This document shows, piece by piece, positions 56,610 through 64,000 of a stretch of DNA of 64,000 nucleotides. Under the pieces are notes generated by a model that was not told the origin of the DNA, made no database searches, and saw nothing but the letters and a program-made list of their open reading frames with translations. The first letter of the stretch is position 1. The number at the start of each line of letters is the position of its first letter. This DNA is from the human T2T-CHM13v2.0 reference genome, Homo sapiens, in assembly GCF_009914755.1 (NCBI RefSeq), contig NC_060936.1; one strand, written 5' to 3'. Made by a program: the position numbers and the translations under genes.

Positions 56610-56853
56610 TTTCTTTAATTTAATTTTTTAGGCAGGGTCCTGCTCTGTCACCCAGGCTGGAGTGCAGTGGCATGAGCATGGCTCACTGTGGCCTTAACTT
56701 CCAGGCTCCAGCAATCCTCCTTCCTCAGCCTCCCAACTAGCTGGGACTACAGGCATGTGCCACCATGACTGACTATTTTTTACACTTTTTGTAGAGACAG
56801 GTTTTTCCATGTTGCCCAGGCAGTTCTTGAACTCCTGGGTACCGTGTCTGGCC
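56610..56853 (-). mobile_element. Alu (AluJ-like) with internal deletion in the left arm
   Basis: Antisense Alu; jumps from GAACTCCTGGG directly to ACCGTGTCTGGCC. Confidence 0.9.
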
Positions 56854-58329
56854 TCACGCTATCATTTTAAATTTCCTGTAGAAGTTTCATTTACTCTCAA
56901 GTAGGTCTCCCAACTCACTCATTTGTTGCTTGCTGTGATCCAGATAAAAATTTTAATCTTTTGACTTCAAATTTTAATGATTGAATGTTAATAACGATGA
57001 AGAAAAGTTATCATCCATTTGCTACCAAACCCTTGAAGAATTCTAGTTCTACTCTTGAGCGTATATTTCAATAATGAGGAGAGAAAAAACTCTTATGGAA
57101 GCTTGACAGAAGTGGGGAAATATTACCTTTGAAGCAGAGAATGAACACCCTGCCTTGCCTACTTTACAGCTTATTTCTGGGATAACCCTGAATACAACAT
57201 CTCAGAATATAATGCTTTATTCCTGTGCCATGATTTTAAGAAAAAAAAAATTGACCATTAGAATAATAAAATGAGTCTCATCAGCATGTGAATTTGAATT
57301 CATAAATCACCTTTTCCTTGGAAATTTTATCTTAGGAAGAAATACAGTCCATAGAATGAAGGATGTAACAGCTCCATCATTGTTAAATAAATATGATCGG
57401 GAAACAATCAGAAACATGGTATTTTATTTTTATATGAGTTATTTTGCTTCATGGGAACCAGCAATATTTCATACGTATGATCTTTCCACTTTTAATGGCA
57501 TTGGTCCTAAGAGTTTGAGATAAAAGTTATTTTAATTATTATTAGGAGAAAGTGGTACTAATAATAGCTTATATCAGTTTATTTGCAATAACACTACTAG
57601 AATGAGTAAGTGGAACAGTTGACTAACCACAGTGATTTGCATGTGGGATCCTGTAAAATCATCTAATGAAATTAACAATTAAATGAATTTAGTAGCTGTT
57701 TTTTTTCTCGTAAAACTTTTTTGAATTTTCCGGTGTTTTCTTCTTCTACACAGGTCGTGTTATTGTTTGTATTTTGTTCTTCTGTTTGATTTTTGTTACA
57801 AGTAGAGAGGCATATGATCAACTAAGGGGAAAGAGGGGGACAGTAAAGAGTCCTTGGCATTGGCCATGAATAGCTACTTTTTGTTGGACTTTAAATGGTG
57901 CTGAGTTCTGCAAACATAGCACCAACTCTAGGGCTATGAGCTATCGGCCACTGATTAGACCAAATCTGGAAAGTCCTACTTATTTTCAGTCAAGAAAATT
58001 TAAAGGGTACAAGGAAAACTAGTGCATTTTCATGAAAAGGTTCCAGGATTTTTTGATGGAGTATGTCCTGTTATATGGAGTAATTCTAAATGTTTACCTT
58101 GATAATGATTTAGCTCAGACATTATAACTATATTCAGATATTTGGAAGCCTTCCATGTGCAGTGGATTCAACTTAACATAAACGGTACCTCCAACCTTCA
58201 TATGTAATATTTTAAGATCCACAAGATGTAACTTGATATAAGGAAGTACTTTTTATCAATTTTCTGCATAGAATACGTTGTTTGTGAGACCGTAAACTCC
58301 CTATTGTTTGGATTGTTCAAACAGAGAAT

Positions 58330-58600
58330 GGATGGTAAAATAGCTAGACTGAATGGCTTTACAGAATATTGAATTTGGGATTGGATTTACCTTGTTTCAA
58401 ATCCTGATTTCAAGACTTATGAACTGTGCAATCTTGGTATAGTTACTTAAATTTTCTAACACCCAGCTTCTTGTTTTACAACATGAGAATAATACATACC
58501 TCATCAAGTGTTTATGGGGCTGTTATAAAGTATGCAAAGCAATTACTGCAGAATATGATACCTGTAGAAACTCAAAAATAGTAATTGCCATTTTACTGCA
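58330..58600 (+). mobile_element. MIR
   Basis: TTCAAATCCTGA...ACTTATGAACTGTGCAATCTTGG...GTTACTTAA core. Confidence 0.65.
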
Positions 58601-59552
58601 GAATTAGTTTATTCATTAAATGGTTACTGGAGTAAAATGTTTTGAAATGTCCTCAGGTCACCATGATAGAGCTCCATTTAACCATGATTTTTAGAATTTA
58701 TCTGATACTCACCATTATAAAATAGATGATATAAGTGACACTCTTTATCTAATTACAGTCACGGCATGGTGTAACAGTAAAAGTTTCCCATGACATGAGA
58801 TTAACCGTAATTGAGTGAATATTATAGAATAGGATCTCTTATTCAATCATGATAAGTGAATAACATTGAGCTAGCTATTTTAACTAGCTAACCCACCAAC
58901 TCTAATTGCATGTTACCACCTTTATATAAGTGGTCAGTAAATGGAAGCACATATTAGCTAGAGTTGGCTCAACTTGCAATGGCCTTCAAGTTTCTCATTT
59001 GTTCATTTCACTTTTAGTTTATCTTTCTAAAATTCTTAATACATGGCAGACCACGTTTCTGAAAAATATTTATATACATGTGTACATGTCTATTAGTTTC
59101 TTCATTTGAGCAATGCTTTTACTCTTCTCTCTTTTTTTTTTTTTGCATACCTAAGAGAGCTTTCTTCAGATAAAATTTCTTTTTAGCAAGTCATTCTCAA
59201 GTATTGTTCCCTAGCATATCTGTACAACTGAGTTCTAGATAATTTATGGGTTCTCACTTTGCTCAATTTTCAACCACTTTTGAAAAATGTGATAAACCAG
59301 AAACCCAAGTGAGTTAAAATCAGTGGGAGTATTTCCCCGATATAGCTGTGTCTTCTGAAATTCATATGGAAATAATGTTTATATGCTCCTGAGTGCTTCT
59401 TTTCAAATTTCTTTTATAATGTGGAGTTAAACTCTTCATTTTTTCATAGTGTATCTTTGATGATGTGATCATGAATAATCCCTGAATTATACACAAATAT
59501 GTGTTCATTACCAGACATACCTTTGTCAATCAAAAAAAATCAATGAAACAGT

Positions 59553-59990
59553 GTTTCATTCAGGATTCTTGGTTAAAAGCAACAGGGTGGTGGGGGCGGG
59601 GAACACTGAGTACTTTTAAACAGTGTGAGAATCATTGCAAGCAAATCTGGACTCAGAAAATCAGTAGAAAGCTGACATACTAAGTTTGGAAAATTGGCAG
59701 AAGCCAAAAGAGATCTGGAGCATGAACAGCAGGAGCCAGAGGAAGGGCACGCATCAGGAATCCGATGGTTTGCACACCAGCTAAGCTGCTGCTTGAAACC
59801 TGACCTCCCAGTGTCCCTCTGCCACTAGAATAGGGTTCAACTTTTCAGATTAGGTCACATGGCCAAATCCTGGCTGTCATCTGTAGGTGGAAAAGGGAAG
59901 AATATGTCTTACTTTTCCCAAAAGAACTAACAGCTTGAGGAAGTTTGGTGTGAGAGGTGAGCCCCAGCAATTTCCATTCAGGTAAGAGTA
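59553..59990. mobile_element. Old MaLR (MLT1-type) LTR remnant
   Basis: TTCAGGATTCTTGGTT..AAGCAACAG... and AGGTCACATGGCCAAATCCTGGCTG patterns. Confidence 0.5.
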
Positions 59991-62239
59991 CACAAATGAT
60001 AAAATTCTTACAAAATAGATATTGGTATAGCTGGGTGCAATAGGAAAAAGTGGAGTGGACTATAAGTCCAAACTTTTTAAATTAAAAAGAAGCAAATTGT
60101 ATATTACTCAGAAATACTCAAAAAAGTATAGTTTGTAAAAATGTTATCTGCTGACTGTATTTTTTCCACATTTGTTGAAAATTACTCAAGAAAATAGATT
60201 TTTATTTAGGATAAATCTTTTTTTTAACAAAATTTTTCCTATTAAACTGTATATATCTACCTTTTATATTATGAATAAGCATCCACGACAGTGTCTTAGT
60301 TGCCACAGTAGACATATCCAGGACTAGTAGGATTATCCAAGTTGTATCATAATGACTTCAATGAAATTTACCAAAAATACGATGAAGGAGTATTTATTCC
60401 TAAATATCATTAAGCTTAGGAATTTACAAAAGAGGAATAGACACTATTATTCCTTTCAAATTGATTCTTTTTTCACCTTTTTTTCTTCCTCTTGAGATTT
60501 TATACATTGTTTCTTTAATTGTCTAGGAAACTTTTGCATCAAAATCATTCAGGGGATGGGATATGCATTCCTGAGCCCCATCCTAGAATGAATGAACCCG
60601 AATTTGGGATAGGAAAACTAAACACACTTATTTTAAAGAAACATCCCCCGTTTATTTGAACACTTAAAAACTATGCATTAGAAATTGTTCTTAGTAGCTC
60701 AATCTAAGGTTAACTTAAGTTGATCAGATTTGCTAAATAAGAAAAAAAAATCAGAAAGATCAGGGAGAATCTGAAAAGAAAAAAAATCAGGAAATTGTTT
60801 TTGAAATCTTATTCTCTCACATCGTGTCACTTTTATGTCCCAAAAGCTAAGATATTTGTGTTGCCATACCAAAGTGTTTTAGATGCTTAATAACATATTG
60901 AAACATAAAAGTAAATTTTCACTGTGGGCCAAAGTCACCTGTTCTTCTCATACGAAACATACAAAATTTACTAGAGATGTACATGATAATTTTAACCCAA
61001 ATTTTAAAAATATGATTTCCTTAGATGTGAATTTTTTAGGCATGGTAAAGGAAAAGTTATTTAGAATGAAAGAGAAACTGCTAACAGAAAGGGAAGTTAG
61101 AAGCCTGTCTTTAGACAGCTTCTGGCCTTACAGTGTTCTAGCAAACTGTATTGAAATGAATGAAAGCAATTATAAAAGGAAGCTGCTGACCTTTTTGAAA
61201 AGGCTGCCAATCCATAATACCTCCTGCAATGCTCGTCCCCTTTATTCATGCTTAACAAACCTTGTCACCCTTGTCGCAGTGCCTTAGAACCCCTTAACTT
61301 TTCCCCTTTTGTTGTCTTTAGGGTATCTGCAGCATGCCTGCCCGCTGAAATACCTTTCAATTGCCAATTAGAGGAAGTTTAAGAATGAGTACCTAGGGAT
61401 GAATTAACCTAGCAAGTTAACCTGGGGAAGAATGTGTTAGGGATACAAACTCTCATCATCACACCTTACATATTTACTTACTCATCTGATTTACTTGAGA
61501 GTGAGGATGGATTGGTTTAGGTTATATATTTGCACAACAGTTGGAAAGCATCTCAATCTGGTTTTTCAGCAGGTAAACAATTTGAAAAACAAACACCAGA
61601 ACCTTAGAAATGCCTCCCCACCAATGTGTTCATTTTCCCTCAAGTGAAAAAAATGCTAATATGTAAGCACTGCTTTGCAGAAACACTTAACAGCTACCTG
61701 TAGGTAGAATAATGCAATTCCTTTAGGAGAGTCTTATCCAGAATATCTTCTTGCTTTATAAGGCCGACTTAACATATAAGCCCCTGGATCATCCCTGTTT
61801 GGATTAACAATCATTTGAATGATTATTAAGCAGAATTCTGTGGAATTGAGTAGTTCTGGCACTCAGATAAGAAAAAAAAAATCTCTTCTATTTAAATTAT
61901 CCAATATTTGAACATCTAATCAAGATTTCTTTTTTTTTTTTTCAGTTTGTGCTTCTGATTTTCTGCTTTCATAGTAAGTAGTTTTCTTGAAGGAATGTTG
62001 TAGACCATGAACTCTTAATACCTACTACTGAATAATTTGTTAACGTGCTTGCAGTAGCAGAGTGAAGAAAAATGAGATAATTTAAAATATGCAGTGTATT
62101 TGATCCTGAGGTATTCTTACTTTCCATAAATATCATGTATTGTTGCTAATGTATGTTGACAACATATATAACTTTCTGTACATTTATAAAGGTTGAGGCA
62201 TGGAAGAGGAAAAGCACATAATGAGCCTTTACTATGTTC

Positions 62240-63134
62240 TGTTCTCAAAAGACCAATGAGCTTTGTGGAGGCAAAAGGAGAACTTTATTTTCTAAAAGCA
62301 ATCTGCAGATTGGGGAGACATAGTGTTTAGGTGCAAAATGAAATTGTGCTTCAAGGAGGGGTCAGGGAGTAGGAGATTATAAATGTAGAAATTGCAAGGC
62401 ATGGGAAAGGAGTCAAGGGAGTGAGAAATCGAGTCTTGACTGGAGGACACTTAAGCCCCAAATCACTAGTCTCTCTTAACTGTGTGGTTCCAGGCGGTCT
62501 GTTCATGGGCATGATCTGGTTTGGATCTATATCCCCACCCAAATCTCATGGGGCCTGGTGGGAGGTGATTTAATCATGGAGGCAGATTTCCCCCTTGATG
62601 CTATCATATCCATAGTGAGTTCTGAGATCTAGTTGTTTTAAAGTGTGTGGTACCTCCTCCCTCTCCTTCCTCCTACTCTGACCATGTGAAGTGCCTCGTT
62701 CCTCATTTGCCTTCCACCATGACTGAGTTTCCCGGCTTCTGGAAGCCGAGCAGAAGTCCTCATGCTTCTCTTACAGCCTGTGGAACTGTGAGCCGATTAA
62801 ACCTCTTTACTTTACATATTACTACTCTCAGGTAATTCTTGTACAGCAGTACAAGAATGGACTAGTACAGGGCAGTTAGGGAATTTCCTGCTGCAGACGA
62901 TTTAGACACCAACAACAGTACCAGATTTGGCTTGAATGAAGAAAGGGCAGTCTTGGGACATTCTTATAAGATACCTTTCCAAAAACATAAAGTCCTTTTT
63001 TGAACAGACACGGTGAGTGACTGCTTTCCTGTACTGGCTGCCTGGTTTGGCTTGTAAGTTTGGGTGTCTTAGATATGAAAAGTCTATTTTGCCTGCTGGG
63101 TAGGGCATACTTTAACAGTTCAATTTTTTTCACA
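62240..63134. mobile_element. ERV-type solo LTR (family not identified) hosting an MST insertion
   Basis: LTR-like composition with TG/CA-type ends; the sequence is continuous across the MST TSD. Confidence 0.45.
62512..62869 (+). mobile_element. MST (MSTA-like) MaLR solo LTR
   Basis: TGAT.TGGTTTGGATCT...CCCCACCCAAATCTCATG...GAACTGTGAGCC.ATTAAACCTCTTT...GGACTAGTACA; perfect 5-bp TSD GGGCA (62507-62511 / 62870-62874). Confidence 0.92.
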
Positions 63135-64000
63135 TGTCTAATTTAGTATCTCAAAAAATCTATTATATTGTTATTAATCTTAGTTTTTAGAGAGGAACCT
63201 AAGATAAATACAGATGGAGTTATTTGCTGAATGCTACATAGCTAGTAAGAGGCAGCAGAGAAATTAAATTTCAAAGAGAATTTTCAAATTCAAATAGAAT
63301 TTTCTATGGGTCCAGAATCACTGTTTTGTTTCCCCCGCCATGTTATCCCATACCATATATAAATAAATTCTTTACCAGATCAGAAGGTAGCAAATGTAAA
63401 GTGAAAAGGGCCAATTACAAGATCAGACACAGGTTAAGAAAATTCTAACTAGAAAATTTAAAGGAATAGTGGAGTTTATACAAAGTTAATTTGTAAAAAT
63501 AAGTCTTTTCACGTTTTATTAATATCATCTGAAAAATGTTTGCTTCTTGTTTCACCCAATTTTACATTGGATTGGAAAAAAATGTATTATCTAGGTAAAG
63601 AGAAATATGCAAGAAATGAACTGTAGGTGTCTCTAGCTATATATTAAGATTCTCAATTCTAATAATGACGTCACTGAGACAGAATGCAACTTGCCCAAAG
63701 TTACGCAGCATTTATGACAAATAAAGTACAGTATTGCATGCCTTTATCTTTTAAAATATGAATAGCTATGTTAGCTTGAATTATTTTTTCTCATAAAATG
63801 CTTGCCAGTGTATTTAGATAAAAATCAGTATGTTTCCTTTCTCCATGCTTGCAGTAAATATCTTTTCAAAAGCCATAATGGTATTATAATAAGACAGATC
63901 ATTACAGCAGCTTCATTATACCACCCTTTCCCATATTTCCAAATTCTTAATATCTTTCTTTCTGACTAAAGGTAAGATGGCTGAATCAATTCCTATAGAA

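Noticed and set aside
60883-61287. 134-aa ORF in unique sequence
   Set aside because: No recognisable domain, composition typical of AT-rich non-coding DNA, and no clear splice or promoter context.

Overview
Primate (catarrhine, most likely human) AT-rich genomic DNA with no recognisable host protein-coding exon. 1-7167 is a decayed HERV-E-family provirus (+ strand): leader, gag, pro-pol and env remnants plus an LTR2-like 3' LTR. Its 5' LTR lies outside the window. It is inserted into an old minus-strand L1, has lost most of the integrase core, and its 3' LTR lacks the AATAAA-containing segment. The rest is a mosaic of a full-length L1PB-type element with TSDs, nested L1M fragments, about ten Alus, ERVL/MaLR LTRs, L2/MIR and DNA-transposon remnants, plus a few motif-dense unique segments that may be enhancers. 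The most striking observation is a roughly 2.5 kb stretch (about 51060-53570) missed by the ORF track. Read across stops and frameshifts, it gives a collinear Ty3/Gypsy pol: RT thumb, RNase H, integrase Zn finger, core and GPY/F region, a probable chromodomain and a PPT followed by TG. This looks like a very old chromovirus (sushi-like) fossil with an L2 inserted in it. All family and subfamily calls come from recalled consensus motifs, not database searches, and boundaries of old repeats are approximate.
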